From: an uncultured Chitinophagales bacterium
GTDB taxonomy: Bacteria; Bacteroidota; Ignavibacteria; UBA10030; UBA6906
Direction: 5' to 3'
Assembly: GCA_964538485.1 (NCBI GenBank)
Contig: CAZIHJ010000001.1
Span: 13,899-77,898, forward strand
Length of the DNA stretch: 64,000 nucleotides
A program made the position numbers and the translations under genes. The notes beneath the pieces were generated by a model, which had not been told where the DNA came from, searched no databases, and saw only the letters and a program-made list of their open reading frames with translations. Shown piece after piece: positions 39,034 to 50,550 of this stretch. Each line of letters begins with the position of its first letter. Within the stretch, counting starts at the first letter, position 1.

Positions 39034-42000
39034 ATGGAACAAATCCCCAAACGTAAACACGTAACAATCGACGGAAACGAAGCAGCGGCTTACGTTGCCC
39101 ACAAACTCAACGAAGTTATTGCCATCTATCCGATCACGCCGTCGTCAAACATGGGCGAATGGGCAGATGAATGGTCGGCACAGGGCCGGAAGAACTTGTG
39201 GGGAACGGTCCCTTCGGTGACGGAGATGCAGAGTGAAGGTGGTGCAGCCGGAGCAGTTCATGGTGCCCTGCAAACAGGGGCTCTCTCCACGACGTTTACC
39301 GCTTCCCAGGGATTGCTCCTGATGATACCGAATATGTACAAGATTGCAGGCGAACTGACGTCAACAGTGTTTCATGTGTCCGCCCGTTCTCTCGCAACAC
39401 AGTCCCTCTCCATTTTCGGTGATCATAGCGACGTGATGGCCACACGAGGGACGGGGTTTGCAATGATGTGTTCAAACTCCGTGCAGGAAGTAATGGATTT
39501 TGCATTGATTGCCCAGGCAGCCACACTCGAAGCTCGCGTTCCGTTCCTTCATTTCTTCGACGGTTTCAGAACGTCCCATGAAGTCATGAAGATCGAACAA
39601 TTGAACGATGATGATATTCGCGCCATGATTGATGATGAATTGATTCACGCGCACCGTTCACGCGGTCTTTCTCCCGACCGTCCGGTGATGCGGGGAACAG
39701 CGATGAATCCCGACGTTTATTTCCAGGCACGCGAAACCGTGAACCCGTTCTATGCAGCGTGTCCGGCCATTGTGCAAAAGGCAATGGATAAGTTCGCAAA
39801 GGTTGTTGGACGTCAGTATCAATTGTTTGAGTATTTCGGTTCGCCCAACGCAGAGCGTGTCATTGTGATTATGGGTTCCGGAACCGGTGCCGTTGAGGAG
39901 ACGATCTCACATCTCAACAGCAAAGGCGAGAATGTTGGCGTCTTGAAAGTACGATTATTTCGGCCATTCTCAATTGCAGCATTTGTTCAAGCACTCCCGA
40001 AATCCGTCAAGACCATCGCCGTCCTCGACAGAACGAAGGAGCCCGGAGGCGCGGGCGAGCCGTTGTATCAGGATGTTGTGACCGCAATCGCCGAACGGCA
40101 CAGTTCCGGAACGCTTCCCTTTGTATTCCCAAGAATCATCGGCGGACGGTATGGACTTTCTTCCAAGGAATTTACGCCTGCGATGGTCAAAGGCGTCTAC
40201 GATGAGATGAAGAAGACCCCCCCGAAGAACCATTTCACCGTCGGCATCAATGACGACGTCACGCATACAAGTCTCGAGTATGATGCGGATTTTACCACGG
40301 AGCCCGACGATGTCGTACGGGCAATGTTCTATGGCCTTGGTGCTGATGGTACAGTTGGAGCGAACAAGAACTCCATCAAGATCATCGGAGAGGATACTGA
40401 TTTCTTTGCCCAGGGATATTTCGTTTACGACTCAAAGAAGTCAGGCTCAACAACGATTTCACATCTCCGTTTCGGTCCGCGTCCCATCAAATCAAACTAT
40501 CTGATTGAAAGAGCCAACTTCATCGCGTGCCATCAATGGTTCTTCCTTGAAAAATTTGATGTGTTGAAGAATGCAGTTCCGGGGGCAACTTTTCTTCTTA
40601 ACAGTTACTTCGGCCCGGACAAAGTGTGGGATGAACTACCACGCCAAATCCAGGAACAGATCATACGGAAGAAGATCAAGTTCTATGTGATTGATGGCTA
40701 CAAGGTTGCCCAGGCAACCGGTATGGGTGGTCGCGTGAATACTATTATGCAGACATGTTTCTTTGCCATCTCCGGCGTACTTCCGCGTGAACAGGCGATT
40801 GATGCGATCAAGAATTCAATCAAGAAAACATACGGGAAGAAGGGCGACCAGATCGTACAGCAAAACTTTGACGCCGTGGATCAGACTATTGCCAACCTTT
40901 TTGAAGTGACAATACCTGAACTGGTGACGAGCACTCTGGAGATGCCGTCCGCGGTTTCGTCGAAAGCGCCGGAGTTTGTTCGCAATGTCACTGGCGTAAT
41001 CATCGCCGGCATGGGTGATTCGCTTCCGGTCAGCGCGATGCCGATTGACGGGACGTTCCCGGTCGGGACAGCCCAATGGGAAAAGCGCAACATAGCTCTT
41101 GAAATTCCCGTCTGGGACACACAGGTTTGCATACAATGCAACAAGTGTGCGATTGTTTGTCCGCATGCAACCATCCGCATAAAGGTATATGATCCCAAGG
41201 AGTTAGCGGGCGCGCCGTCCACGTTCAAGTCAACTGACTACCGCGGCCCCGAATACAAGGGGATGAAATATTCGATTCAAGTTGCCCCCGAAGATTGTAC
41301 GGGATGCGGCATCTGTATAGAGATTTGCCCCGCCAAGAACAAATCGGAGACACGACTCAAGGCAATCAACATGATGCCGCAACCGGCTATCCGCGACCAG
41401 GAGAGAGAGAACTACGAGTTCTTCCTCAACCTTCCCGAGGTGGATCGGCGCGGAGTGAAAATGGATTCGGTGAAGGGGTCGCAGTTGCTTCAACCGTTAT
41501 TTGAATACTCCGGTGCGTGCTCGGGTTGCGGTGAGACGCCGTATCTCAAGTTGGTGACACAGTTGTTCGGCGATAGAATGCTTGTGGCAAATGCAACCGG
41601 CTGCTCATCCATCTATGGCGGCAACCTTCCGACCACACCGTGGACAAAGAACAATGACGGTCGGGGCCCGGCGTGGTCGAATTCACTCTTTGAGGACAAC
41701 GCTGAGTTCGGCATGGGTATGCGTCTCACTATCGACAAACACACAGAGATGGCGAAGGAGCTCGTGCAGGTCCTGGAACCGGTGATTGGAGCCGAGTTGG
41801 TGAATGCACTTCTCACAGCCAGCCAAGCTGATGAGGCCGGTATTTACGAACAGCGCCTGAGAGTTGAGGAGTTAAAGAAGAAACTGAAAATGATCACCTC
41901 TCCCGAAGCAAAGCAACTCGCGACTCTCGCCGACAGCCTTGTGAAGAAGAGTGTGTGGATTGTTGGTGGTGATGGCTGGGCGTATGATATCGGCTTTGGC

Positions 42001-42633
42001 GGACTTGACCATGTGCTCGCCTCGGGAAAGAACGTGAACATTCTCGTGCTCGACACGGAAGTGTACTCCAACACCGGCGGCCAGATGTCCAAGTCCACGC
42101 CACGTGGCGCGGTAGCGAAGTTTGCAGCGGGCGGCAAGCCGCGCGCGAAGAAGGACCTCGGCCAGATCGCAATGACCTACGGTAATGTCTACGTTGCAAC
42201 GGTGGCCATGGGTGCGAACGACATGCAAACCATCAAAGCATTCCTTGAAGCGGAAGCATACGATGGCCCGTCACTTATCATCGCATACAGTCATTGCATT
42301 GCACACGGCATTAACATGGAAAAGGGGATGGGCAACCAGAAAGCCGCGGTGGAAAGTGGCCATTGGCCGCTGTACCGCTACAACCCGACGCAGGACGCCA
42401 ATGGGAAGAACCCGTTCAAACTCGACTCCAAGGCCGCGAAGATCAAGTTCTCTGACTACGCCTATCTTGAGACGCGTTACAAAATGCTGACAAAGAGCGA
42501 TCCTGAAGCGGCGAAAAAACTGATGGAACTTGCACAGGAAGATGTCAACAAGCGATGGGAAATCCTTGAAGAGATGGCAAGGGATGGGAATGGAACCGCG
42601 CAAACGATTGTTCCACCGGTGCAGCATAACTAG
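39034..42633 (+). CDS. nifJ: Pyruvate:ferredoxin (flavodoxin) oxidoreductase, single-polypeptide NifJ/PFOR type
   Basis: 1199 aa; N-terminus VTIDGNEAAAYVAHKLNEVIAIYPITPSS; internal ferredoxin motifs CIQCNKCAIVCPHA and CTGCGICIEICP; a TPP-binding C-terminal domain (GGDGWAYDIGFGG). Confidence 0.95.
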   Translation: MEQIPKRKHVTIDGNEAAAYVAHKLNEVIAIYPITPSSNMGEWADEWSAQGRKNLWGTVPSVTEMQSEGGAAGAVHGALQTGALSTTFTASQGLLLMIPNMYKIAGELTSTVFHVSARSLATQSLSIFGDHSDVMATRGTGFAMMCSNSVQEVMDFALIAQAATLEARVPFLHFFDGFRTSHEVMKIEQLNDDDIRAMIDDELIHAHRSRGLSPDRPVMRGTAMNPDVYFQARETVNPFYAACPAIVQKAMDKFAKVVGRQYQLFEYFGSPNAERVIVIMGSGTGAVEETISHLNSKGENVGVLKVRLFRPFSIAAFVQALPKSVKTIAVLDRTKEPGGAGEPLYQDVVTAIAERHSSGTLPFVFPRIIGGRYGLSSKEFTPAMVKGVYDEMKKTPPKNHFTVGINDDVTHTSLEYDADFTTEPDDVVRAMFYGLGADGTVGANKNSIKIIGEDTDFFAQGYFVYDSKKSGSTTISHLRFGPRPIKSNYLIERANFIACHQWFFLEKFDVLKNAVPGATFLLNSYFGPDKVWDELPRQIQEQIIRKKIKFYVIDGYKVAQATGMGGRVNTIMQTCFFAISGVLPREQAIDAIKNSIKKTYGKKGDQIVQQNFDAVDQTIANLFEVTIPELVTSTLEMPSAVSSKAPEFVRNVTGVIIAGMGDSLPVSAMPIDGTFPVGTAQWEKRNIALEIPVWDTQVCIQCNKCAIVCPHATIRIKVYDPKELAGAPSTFKSTDYRGPEYKGMKYSIQVAPEDCTGCGICIEICPAKNKSETRLKAINMMPQPAIRDQERENYEFFLNLPEVDRRGVKMDSVKGSQLLQPLFEYSGACSGCGETPYLKLVTQLFGDRMLVANATGCSSIYGGNLPTTPWTKNNDGRGPAWSNSLFEDNAEFGMGMRLTIDKHTEMAKELVQVLEPVIGAELVNALLTASQADEAGIYEQRLRVEELKKKLKMITSPEAKQLATLADSLVKKSVWIVGGDGWAYDIGFGGLDHVLASGKNVNILVLDTEVYSNTGGQMSKSTPRGAVAKFAAGGKPRAKKDLGQIAMTYGNVYVATVAMGANDMQTIKAFLEAEAYDGPSLIIAYSHCIAHGINMEKGMGNQKAAVESGHWPLYRYNPTQDANGKNPFKLDSKAAKIKFSDYAYLETRYKMLTKSDPEAAKKLMELAQEDVNKRWEILEEMARDGNGTAQTIVPPVQHN

Positions 42634-42664
42634 TGGTGAGGCGGAAGCTTCAATAGGATAGAGT

Positions 42665-43120
42665 ATGAGACTTCTCACAAGTTTAGCCATAATGTCAATC
42701 ATACAGGCCGGATGCTTTGTGTTAACAGCAACGGCACAAGATGATGAAGATACTTCTTACATCAACGCGTTCCGCCAGCATGCCGAGCAATGGAGGCAGG
42801 CCTACAACATCAAAGACTCTTCCACACTGTCATCAATGTACGCGGATGACGCGCAGTACATCTCGGCCCATGTTGCCGGATACATTCTGCATGGCCGCGA
42901 CCGTGTCATAGAGAATTTCCAGAACGGGGCCAGGAGCGGAGGGTATATCGACACCCTCGAAGTGCTTTCAGTCAATTCTTCGTGTGAAATGGCAACTCTT
43001 GTGACCAGATATGCAGGGATGGCAGGGGGTGACAAGGTGAATGGCCGGAATCTTCTCGTCTGTAGGAGAACAAAAGGCCGGTGGCTTATTGTTACCCACA
43101 TGACCGTTGTCCGAGACTAA
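42665..43120 (+). CDS. Secreted SnoaL-like/DUF4440 (NTF2-fold) protein
   Basis: A signal peptide and an NTF2-like pattern (FRQHAEQWRQAYNIKDSSTLSSMYADDAQYIS...). Low-specificity call. Confidence 0.5.
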   Translation: MRLLTSLAIMSIIQAGCFVLTATAQDDEDTSYINAFRQHAEQWRQAYNIKDSSTLSSMYADDAQYISAHVAGYILHGRDRVIENFQNGARSGGYIDTLEVLSVNSSCEMATLVTRYAGMAGGDKVNGRNLLVCRRTKGRWLIVTHMTVVRD

Positions 43121-43133
43121 CAAGAGAAGGAAC

Positions 43134-43574
43134 ATGAATCAGGCTATTCAGGATTTCATCGGCTGTAAGCGTATTGCGGTTGTTGGCTATTCACGCGATA
43201 TCCGCAAGTTCGGCACCTATGCGTATGCAGAACTACAAAAACGCGGCTATCAAGTCTTCGCTGTTCATCCCATAGAAAAAGAAATCTCCGGCGTAAAGTG
43301 TTATCCCAATCTGCAAGCGTTGCGCGGTGAGATTGATGCTGTCTTGATTTCCATCCAACCGAAACTGGTAGTGCCTATTCTGGAGGAAGCTTCGGCTATC
43401 GGAGTGAAGAATGTCTGGCTGCAACAAGGCGCTGAGTCCGTTGAGGCGCTTGTGGCTGCGGATCGTCTGGGACTTGGCATTGTCGCAAAGAAGTGTGTAC
43501 TCATGTATGCTCCGCCGGTGCGATCGTTCCATGGCTTGCATCGTGCAGTGATGAGACTTGTCGGGAGACTATGA
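43134..43574 (+). CDS. CoA-binding domain protein (YccU-like)
   Basis: KRIAVVGYSRD...GYQVFAVHP...IDAVLISIQP is a CoA_binding_2 fold. Trimmed to the ATG at 43134, which has an AGAAGGA RBS. Confidence 0.7.
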   Translation: MNQAIQDFIGCKRIAVVGYSRDIRKFGTYAYAELQKRGYQVFAVHPIEKEISGVKCYPNLQALRGEIDAVLISIQPKLVVPILEEASAIGVKNVWLQQGAESVEALVAADRLGLGIVAKKCVLMYAPPVRSFHGLHRAVMRLVGRL

Positions 43575-43598
43575 GATGACGGTGAGTGAGAGGGCCCT

Positions 43599-44570
43599 TT
43601 GAAACGCATAGCAGTTCTCACATCGGGTGGTGATGCGCCGGGAATGAATGCTGCAATACGGGCAGTCACACGCTGTGCAATTGAACAAGGATGGGAAGTG
43701 TACGGTGTTCGCCACGGCTTCAGCGGGTTGGTGGCCGGACATTTCCAGGAGTTGACCGCACGTTCGGTTGGCGGGATTATTCAGCAGGGAGGAACGATCC
43801 TCGGCAGTGCCCGTTGCCCTGATTTTCAAACCGAGGAAGGCCGGATGTCGGCGTTGCGTGAGTTGCGCCAGCGGGACATCACCGGGTTGGTTGTCATTGG
43901 AGGCAATGGTTCTCAAACAGGCGCATGTGCGCTCGCGAAGATGGGGTTCCCCGTTGTCGGCGTTGCCTCAACCATTGATAACGATCTTGCGGGAAGTGAT
44001 ATCTCCATTGGTGTCGACACGGCACTCAACATTGCCCTTGAAGCAATCGACCGGCTCAAGATTACCGCATCATCGCACATGCGGGCCTTTCTTGTTGAAG
44101 TTATGGGACGTAAGTGTGGCTATCTCGCACTGATGACAGCTATTGCCGGCGGTGCCGAGGTGGTGGTGGTGCCGGAAATCGACACCACACCCGAGCAGGT
44201 GGCCCAAGGTATCCGGGCGGCATACGAGCGTGGCAAAGCGCATGCTCTCGTTGTTGTCGCTGAAGGAGCCACATACAACGCGGAGGCGCTCGTAAGCTAT
44301 TTCAAAGAACACAGTGCGCGCGTTGGTTTTGATCTGCGCTCCACGACTCTTGGTCATGTGCAGCGCGGTGGCGCCCCGACGGCATTTGACCGGATACTCG
44401 CCACCCGGCTCGGTGCGGGAGCTGTTGCTGCGTTGGCGCATGGAGAAACAAGCGCTCTGGTCGGGATGGTGAAGGGAAGTATTGCAGTAACACCGTTCAG
44501 TGAAGTCGTTGAAATCCGGAAGTCCATTGATCCGGAACTGCTTCAACTGGCACGTGCACTTGACAAATAA
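43599..44570 (+). CDS. pfkA: ATP-dependent 6-phosphofructokinase
   Basis: KRIAVLTSGGDAPGMNAAIRAV, GGNGS and MGRKCG motifs. Confidence 0.9.
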   Translation: MKRIAVLTSGGDAPGMNAAIRAVTRCAIEQGWEVYGVRHGFSGLVAGHFQELTARSVGGIIQQGGTILGSARCPDFQTEEGRMSALRELRQRDITGLVVIGGNGSQTGACALAKMGFPVVGVASTIDNDLAGSDISIGVDTALNIALEAIDRLKITASSHMRAFLVEVMGRKCGYLALMTAIAGGAEVVVVPEIDTTPEQVAQGIRAAYERGKAHALVVVAEGATYNAEALVSYFKEHSARVGFDLRSTTLGHVQRGGAPTAFDRILATRLGAGAVAALAHGETSALVGMVKGSIAVTPFSEVVEIRKSIDPELLQLARALDK

Positions 44571-44603
44571 ACGGTATACCAATCAACTCAACATACGTGG
44601 TGA

Positions 44604-45596
44604 ATGATGGACCTCTCAACAACATATCTTGGACTGAAACTGAAGAACCCGATTGTTCCTTCAGCAAGCCCTCTTTCGTATTCACTCGACAGTATGAAAC
44701 GATTGGAGGATGCTGGTGCCTCGGCTGTCGTTATGTATTCGTTGTTCGAAGAGCAGATCGCACACGAAGCGGCAGAGTTGGAGCACTATCTCAGCTACGG
44801 CAGTGAAAGCTATGCTGAGGCCCTCACATACTTTCCTGAGACAAAGGAATACAATATTGGACCCGATCAGTATGTCGAGTTGGTACGAAAGGCAAAGGAG
44901 GAACTGGACATTCCTGTAATCGGAAGCCTGAATGGTATTTCCACGGGAGGCTGGATCAACTACGCCCGAAAGATTGAAGAAGCAGGCGCTGATGCACTGG
45001 AACTCAACATCTATTACATACCCACCGATCCGGACATTACATCAACTGATGTTGAAGACCGGTACCTCGAGGTGTTGCACGCGGTCAAACGAACGATCAC
45101 CATTCCGGTGGCAATGAAACTCAGCCCGTTCTTCAGTTCAATGAGCAACATGGCGAGACGACTCGAGCTTGGTGGGGCCAGTGGACTGGTGATGTTCAAC
45201 CGTTTTTATCAGCCCGATATCGACCTTGAATCGTTGGAGGTGAAACCCAACGTTGTATTGAGTACAACCAACGCGTTGCGTTTGCCGCTGCGGTGGATTG
45301 CGATTCTGCATGGAAGAACCAGGATGAGCCTTGCAGCCACAAGTGGCATTCACACCGCCGAAGATGTCATCAAGATGGTCATGGCCGGCGCGGACGTTAC
45401 CATGATGTGTTCGGCCCTTCTGAAGAACGGCCCCGGGTACATCGCCCAAATTCTCACGGATATTGACCGTTGGATGCTCGATCACGAGTATATTTCCATT
45501 CAACAAATGAAGGGAAGTATGAGTCAGAAGGCCGTAGCAAACCCCGCGGCGTTTGAACGAGCGAACTATGTGAAGGCCCTGCATTCCTTCAAATGA
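44604..45596 (+). CDS. Dihydroorotate dehydrogenase-like (DHO_dh family) flavoprotein
   Basis: [15 protein letters not shown]...; TIM-barrel FMN-site residues ([13 protein letters not shown]; [18 protein letters not shown]). Confidence 0.7.
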   Translation: MMDLSTTYLGLKLKNPIVPSASPLSYSLDSMKRLEDAGASAVVMYSLFEEQIAHEAAELEHYLSYGSESYAEALTYFPETKEYNIGPDQYVELVRKAKEELDIPVIGSLNGISTGGWINYARKIEEAGADALELNIYYIPTDPDITSTDVEDRYLEVLHAVKRTITIPVAMKLSPFFSSMSNMARRLELGGASGLVMFNRFYQPDIDLESLEVKPNVVLSTTNALRLPLRWIAILHGRTRMSLAATSGIHTAEDVIKMVMAGADVTMMCSALLKNGPGYIAQILTDIDRWMLDHEYISIQQMKGSMSQKAVANPAAFERANYVKALHSFK

Positions 45597-45632
45597 AAAA
45601 GAAATTGACAAAACACCTGAAAGGACAGAACA

Positions 45633-47939
45633 ATGGTACGTAAACAAGAAGCACTCGACTATCATTCGGTGGGACGCAAGGGAAAGATTGAAGTCGTCTC
45701 ATCAAAACCGTGTCAGACACAAAGAGACCTCTCGCTTGCCTACACACCCGGCGTGGCAGAGCCGTGCAGGGAGATAGAAAAGAACCCCGATGATGCGTAC
45801 CTCTATACGGCGAAGGGGAATCTCGTTGCGGTGATCTCCAACGGGACGGCGGTTCTCGGACTTGGCGACATTGGAGCGCTGGCCGGTAAACCGGTGATGG
45901 AAGGGAAGGGAGTGCTGTTCAAAAGATTTGCTGACATCGATGTGTTTGACATCGAAATGAATTCGCACAATCCGGACGACATCATCAAAGCAGTGCAGAT
46001 GCTCGAGCCGACGTTCGGGGGTATTAATCTCGAAGACATCAAAGCCCCCGATTGTTTCTATATCGAAGAAACGTTGAAGAAAACCATGAACATCCCGGTC
46101 TTCCACGATGACCAGCATGGTACGGCCATCATCAGCGGTGCTGCCTTGCTGAATGCAGTCGAAATTGTCGGAAAGCAACTCAACCAGGTGAAGGTGGTGT
46201 TCAGCGGGGCTGGTGCTGCAGGGATTGCCTGCGCGAAGTTATACGAGAAACTCGGGGTGAAGCGCGAGAATATGTTGCTCGTTGACACCAAGGGGGTCGT
46301 GTTCAAAGGCCGGACTTCGGGGATGAATCCCTACAAGGAGTACTTTGCTGCCGAGACGAATGCCCGTTCACTGGCTGATGCCATGAGAGGTGCTGACGTC
46401 TTCTGTGGTGTATCGGTGAAGGACATCGTTACCAAGGATATGATCAAGTCCATGGCCGATAATCCGATCGTGTTCGCAATGGCGAACCCTGATCCGGAGA
46501 TCACGTATGATGATGCCATCAGCGTCCGCAAAGACCTCATCATGGCGACGGGACGGTCTGACTACCCGAACCAGGTGAATAACGTCCTTGGCTTCCCGTT
46601 CATCTTCCGTGGTGCACTCGACGTTCGTGCATCGACAATTAATGACGAAATGAAGATGGCGGCTTCGTATGCGCTGGCGAAACTCGCGAAAGAGGACGTG
46701 CCTGATTCCGTTATGCGCGCATACGGCGGAAAGAGGATTGAATTCGGGAGAGACTACATCATCCCGAAGCCCTTTGACCCACGCGTTATGCTTTGGGAAA
46801 CAGTGGCCGTGGCGAAGGCGGCAATGGACACAGGGGTAGCGCGCATGCCGATCACGGACTTTGAGGCGTACAAGGATTCGCTTGAGGCACGTCTCGGCAA
46901 GTCTCACGAAGTCATGCGCTTCTTCGTTCATAAGGCACAGAAATCGCCGAGAAGGATTGTGTTCCCGGAAGGCGAAGAAGAAAAGATTCTCCGCGCTGCA
47001 CAGATCATTGTCGGGGAAGGCATCGGCCAGCCGATATTGCTTGGAGGCCGTACACTCATCACTCAACGGATCAAAGACCTAGGGCTCGATCTGGAGGGTG
47101 TGGAGATCATCAATCCATCGAAGTCGCCAAAGTTCGACGAGTACGTCACTGCCTACTACGCGATGCGGCAACGGAAAGGCGTGACGCGATTCGATGCAGA
47201 ACGGCAGATGGCGACACACAATATTTTCGGTATGATGATGGTGCAACGGGGTGATGCGGACGGCTTGATCTCCGGCCTCACACAGCACTATCCTGCCACA
47301 GTGCGTCCCGCGATACAGATTATCGGTACACGGGAGGGTGTGAGGAAGGTTGCCGGGTTGTATATGATGATCTTCAAGAACCGGACGATCTTCATTGCCG
47401 ATGCGACGGTCAACATTGAACCAACGGCGGAGGATCTGGCAGAGATTGCTTTGTTAACTGCCGAGAAGGTGAAACAATTCAATATCGTGCCGAAGATCGC
47501 CATGCTTTCCTTCGGGAGTTTTGGCGGAACGAATCATCCGCTGGCCGCGAAAGTGCAGAAGGCCCTGAGTATGGTAAAAGAACGGGCACCGCACCTTGCC
47601 ATCGATGGTGAAATGCAGGCGGATGCGGCAGTGTCCCCCGAAATTCTTGCTGAACTCTACCCGTTCAGTCCACTGCAGGGAGGGGCGAATGTTCTCATTT
47701 GTCCGGACCTGACTTCGGCGAACATCGCGTACAAATTACTGAAGTGTCTCAGCGATGCAGTGGCTGTCGGACCGATCCTGATGGGGATAAAGAAACCGGT
47801 ATATCTCCTTGTGCCGGGAAATGATGTGAACGATATCGTCAATATTACTGCGATGGCTGTTTGTGAATCGCAGCGATTGCGAGAGGAGAAGCTGGAGGCG
47901 AAGGAGCACACATTCGAGCTTCCTGTCCATGCGGAATAA
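45633..47939 (+). CDS. maeB: NADP-dependent malic enzyme (MaeB-type: malic enzyme + PTA-like C-terminal domain)
   Basis: N-terminus [26 protein letters not shown], and a C-terminal phosphotransacetylase-like domain (~330 aa). Confidence 0.9.
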   Translation: MVRKQEALDYHSVGRKGKIEVVSSKPCQTQRDLSLAYTPGVAEPCREIEKNPDDAYLYTAKGNLVAVISNGTAVLGLGDIGALAGKPVMEGKGVLFKRFADIDVFDIEMNSHNPDDIIKAVQMLEPTFGGINLEDIKAPDCFYIEETLKKTMNIPVFHDDQHGTAIISGAALLNAVEIVGKQLNQVKVVFSGAGAAGIACAKLYEKLGVKRENMLLVDTKGVVFKGRTSGMNPYKEYFAAETNARSLADAMRGADVFCGVSVKDIVTKDMIKSMADNPIVFAMANPDPEITYDDAISVRKDLIMATGRSDYPNQVNNVLGFPFIFRGALDVRASTINDEMKMAASYALAKLAKEDVPDSVMRAYGGKRIEFGRDYIIPKPFDPRVMLWETVAVAKAAMDTGVARMPITDFEAYKDSLEARLGKSHEVMRFFVHKAQKSPRRIVFPEGEEEKILRAAQIIVGEGIGQPILLGGRTLITQRIKDLGLDLEGVEIINPSKSPKFDEYVTAYYAMRQRKGVTRFDAERQMATHNIFGMMMVQRGDADGLISGLTQHYPATVRPAIQIIGTREGVRKVAGLYMMIFKNRTIFIADATVNIEPTAEDLAEIALLTAEKVKQFNIVPKIAMLSFGSFGGTNHPLAAKVQKALSMVKERAPHLAIDGEMQADAAVSPEILAELYPFSPLQGGANVLICPDLTSANIAYKLLKCLSDAVAVGPILMGIKKPVYLLVPGNDVNDIVNITAMAVCESQRLREEKLEAKEHTFELPVHAE

Positions 47940-47968
47940 GTGTGCGACCATAATTGAAAGCACGTCCT

Positions 47969-48409
47969 ATGAGTATCATTTTCAGTCGTAGATGTGAATA
48001 TGGCTTGCAGGCGGTACTGTATCTTGCATTGAAGAACGGGGGAACGAAGACTTCCGTTAAGGAACTCGTCCAGCACATTCAAGTGCCTTCGCCGTTCCTT
48101 GCAAAGATCCTTCAGGACCTTGCGCACAAGGGGATACTCATGTCCTCCAAAGGACCGCGCGGAGGGTTTGCGCTCGCCAAACCGGCCAACGAGATCACGA
48201 TGCTGAGTATTGTGGAGGCAATTGACGGTACAGCGTTTACCAATGGGTGTGTGCTCGGGTTCATGGAGTGTACCACGGGAACACCATGCGCCATGCATGA
48301 TGAATGGTCTGGAATTCGTGACCGGATTATTGGCGCGCTTGGCAATCAAGATCTCGGAGAGATGGCAAAGCGAATGCACAAACCTGAGTACGAAGGAGCG
48401 TTGAGCTAG
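47969..48409 (+). CDS. Rrf2-family transcriptional regulator (IscR/NsrR-like, 3-Cys Fe-S ligands)
   Basis: Winged helix SVKELVQHIQVPSPFLAKILQDLAHKGIL, and the Cys triad C-x6-C-x6-C (CVLGFMECTTGTPC). Confidence 0.8.
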   Translation: MSIIFSRRCEYGLQAVLYLALKNGGTKTSVKELVQHIQVPSPFLAKILQDLAHKGILMSSKGPRGGFALAKPANEITMLSIVEAIDGTAFTNGCVLGFMECTTGTPCAMHDEWSGIRDRIIGALGNQDLGEMAKRMHKPEYEGALS

Positions 48410-48558
48410 GGGCCGTGTTCTTATATCGGTCTTTGTCCGAAATTGGCACGGGAATTGGCCTTTAAGGACATAAAGGGCGATGAGAATGACGAACGTGCTG
48501 AAGGGAAACCAGAAGGGCAATTCTCAGTCGGCCGGTTATCAGACTTGAAAGTCCGATT

Positions 48559-49776
48559 ATGAGAATTGAAAAACTGGAACCCGGCGGAGATATCCCTCCG
48601 GACGAATTTGCGCCCGAAGTTTCGTTGCATAGAATAACCAAAGTGGAGAAGTCCCGGACAAGGAAGAAAATCCCACCCGGTTCCCGACGCCTCCTTCCGG
48701 ATTTTTCCTCCGAACCTCACCGCGCAAAAAGATTTATATGGAGACTCAGGGAGGATCCGCAGTTCCTCAGATCAACAGTTCAGTTTACGTTTGCGCTCCT
48801 GTGTGTTTGGATTGGGATTGAGTTTTACCTGTTCATGCAGTGGGGGCTGTCAAGTGGAGATGCCCCGTTTTCCAGCCGCCCTCCCGGAGTCGAGGGGTTT
48901 CTTCCAATCAGTGCACTCATCAGTCTCAAGTATTGGATGCTGACGGGCATCATCAATAACATTCATCCCGCATCGCTGTTCATCCTGATTGCGATTGTCG
49001 CGGTTAGCATTGTGTTGAAGAAGTCGTTCTGCAGTTGGTTGTGCCCGGTGGGAACGATAAGCGAATCTCTCTGGATGCTTGGACAGCGGCTCTTTAAGCG
49101 CAATGTGAATGTTACGCGCTGGCTTGATTACCCCCTCCGATCCCTCAAATATATTCTTCTTTTCTTTTTTGTGTATGCAATCTGGCAAATGGATGTCTCA
49201 TCGTTGGCGACGTTTATTTACAGTCCTTACAACAAAGTTGCGGACATCAAGATGTACTTGTTCTTTGCCGAGATCACCTCGTTTGCCCTGTGGGTGATTC
49301 TCGGGCTTGTTCTTCTCTCCGTAGTGATCAAGAATTTCTGGTGCCGTTTTCTCTGTCCCTACGGCGCCCTACTCGGGATTGTCGGGTGGATGAGTCCGTT
49401 GAAGGTCACACGTAAGGAATCCTCTTGCATTGACTGCGAGCTTTGCACGAAAGCATGTCCTGCAAATATCAAGGTGCATGCTGTTGCACGGGTGTGGAGC
49501 GATGAGTGCACAAGTTGTTTGCAGTGTGTCTCCGCGTGTCCCGTGAAGGATACACTCAATATGCAACTGAGCGCATCCCGCAGACCCGTCCCGCATTGGA
49601 TGTTGGGAATTCTCGTTGCAGGAGTATTTGTGGCGATCACAGGGTTTGCGATGCTCACAGGTCATTGGCAAAACGCAATCAAGCAGGAAGAGTATCAGCG
49701 TCGATTCCAGCAACTTGATTCACCAAAGTATCAACACTTTCAAGGCAAGGTGCCGGAGTATGGGTCAGAGGATTGA
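48559..49776 (+). CDS. NapH/MauN-like integral-membrane polyferredoxin (4Fe-4S binding)
   Basis: Several TM helices, CSWLCPVGT, and ferredoxin motifs CIDCELCTKACP and CTSCLQCVSACP. The start is uncertain. Confidence 0.6.
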   Translation: MRIEKLEPGGDIPPDEFAPEVSLHRITKVEKSRTRKKIPPGSRRLLPDFSSEPHRAKRFIWRLREDPQFLRSTVQFTFALLCVWIGIEFYLFMQWGLSSGDAPFSSRPPGVEGFLPISALISLKYWMLTGIINNIHPASLFILIAIVAVSIVLKKSFCSWLCPVGTISESLWMLGQRLFKRNVNVTRWLDYPLRSLKYILLFFFVYAIWQMDVSSLATFIYSPYNKVADIKMYLFFAEITSFALWVILGLVLLSVVIKNFWCRFLCPYGALLGIVGWMSPLKVTRKESSCIDCELCTKACPANIKVHAVARVWSDECTSCLQCVSACPVKDTLNMQLSASRRPVPHWMLGILVAGVFVAITGFAMLTGHWQNAIKQEEYQRRFQQLDSPKYQHFQGKVPEYGSED

Positions 49777-50536
49777 AGCGTTTGGTGCCGGGGATTTTTA
49801 TGATCGGCTTGCAACGGATTATGACCAGATGACCGATTTCGAAGGCCGGTTTGTCCGCGAACGATCCGCATTCAAGGCGCTTGTCGACAACCATTCCATT
49901 GCAACGGCCTTGGATGCCGGGTGTGGAACAGGATTTCATTCGGTTCTGCTTGCGCGGCTCGGTGTAGCAGTGACCGCTGTTGATCTCTCCGGGGCAATGG
50001 TGGAGAGACTTCGTCGACATGCTGCAGAAGAGAATCTCACAATCAAAGTTCTCCAATCATCTTTTCAGGAATTGCCGCGACGCATCAGCACGTCCTTTGA
50101 CGCTGTGTTCTGCATGGGGAACACACTGGTGCATTTGCTGACCGGACATGAACTGCGGATGGCACTGAATGACTTCTGCGCGTTACTCAACCCCGGCGGA
50201 CTTCTCGTCCTTCAGCTCTTGAACTTCGAACGGATTCTGGAACAGAGACCGCACATACTGAGCACAAGAACCACTGGCGCAACGATCTATACCCGTTCCT
50301 ATGAGTATGAAGATCCGTTGGTCAGATTCAACATTGCGAGATCCAGGGAAGGGAGTGAACACGCGGACGAGATCATTACAACGACTCTGCGTCCCATACT
50401 TTGGAAGGAACTGTTTGTGATGTTGGGAGATGCGGGGTTTGAGAACATAATGGGTTTTGGCTCCATGTCCATGACGGAGTACGTGCCAGCAACATCCCAG
50501 GACCTTGTGGTATTGGCTTTGAAAAACACTCTCTGA
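49760..50536 (+). CDS. Class I SAM-dependent methyltransferase
   Basis: ALDAGCGTGFHSVLLARLG is Rossmann motif I. Trimmed to the ATG at 49760, overlapping the upstream gene by 17 nt. Confidence 0.75.
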   Translation: MGQRIEAFGAGDFYDRLATDYDQMTDFEGRFVRERSAFKALVDNHSIATALDAGCGTGFHSVLLARLGVAVTAVDLSGAMVERLRRHAAEENLTIKVLQSSFQELPRRISTSFDAVFCMGNTLVHLLTGHELRMALNDFCALLNPGGLLVLQLLNFERILEQRPHILSTRTTGATIYTRSYEYEDPLVRFNIARSREGSEHADEIITTTLRPILWKELFVMLGDAGFENIMGFGSMSMTEYVPATSQDLVVLALKNTL

Positions 50537-50550
50537 GCTATCCCGGTGGA

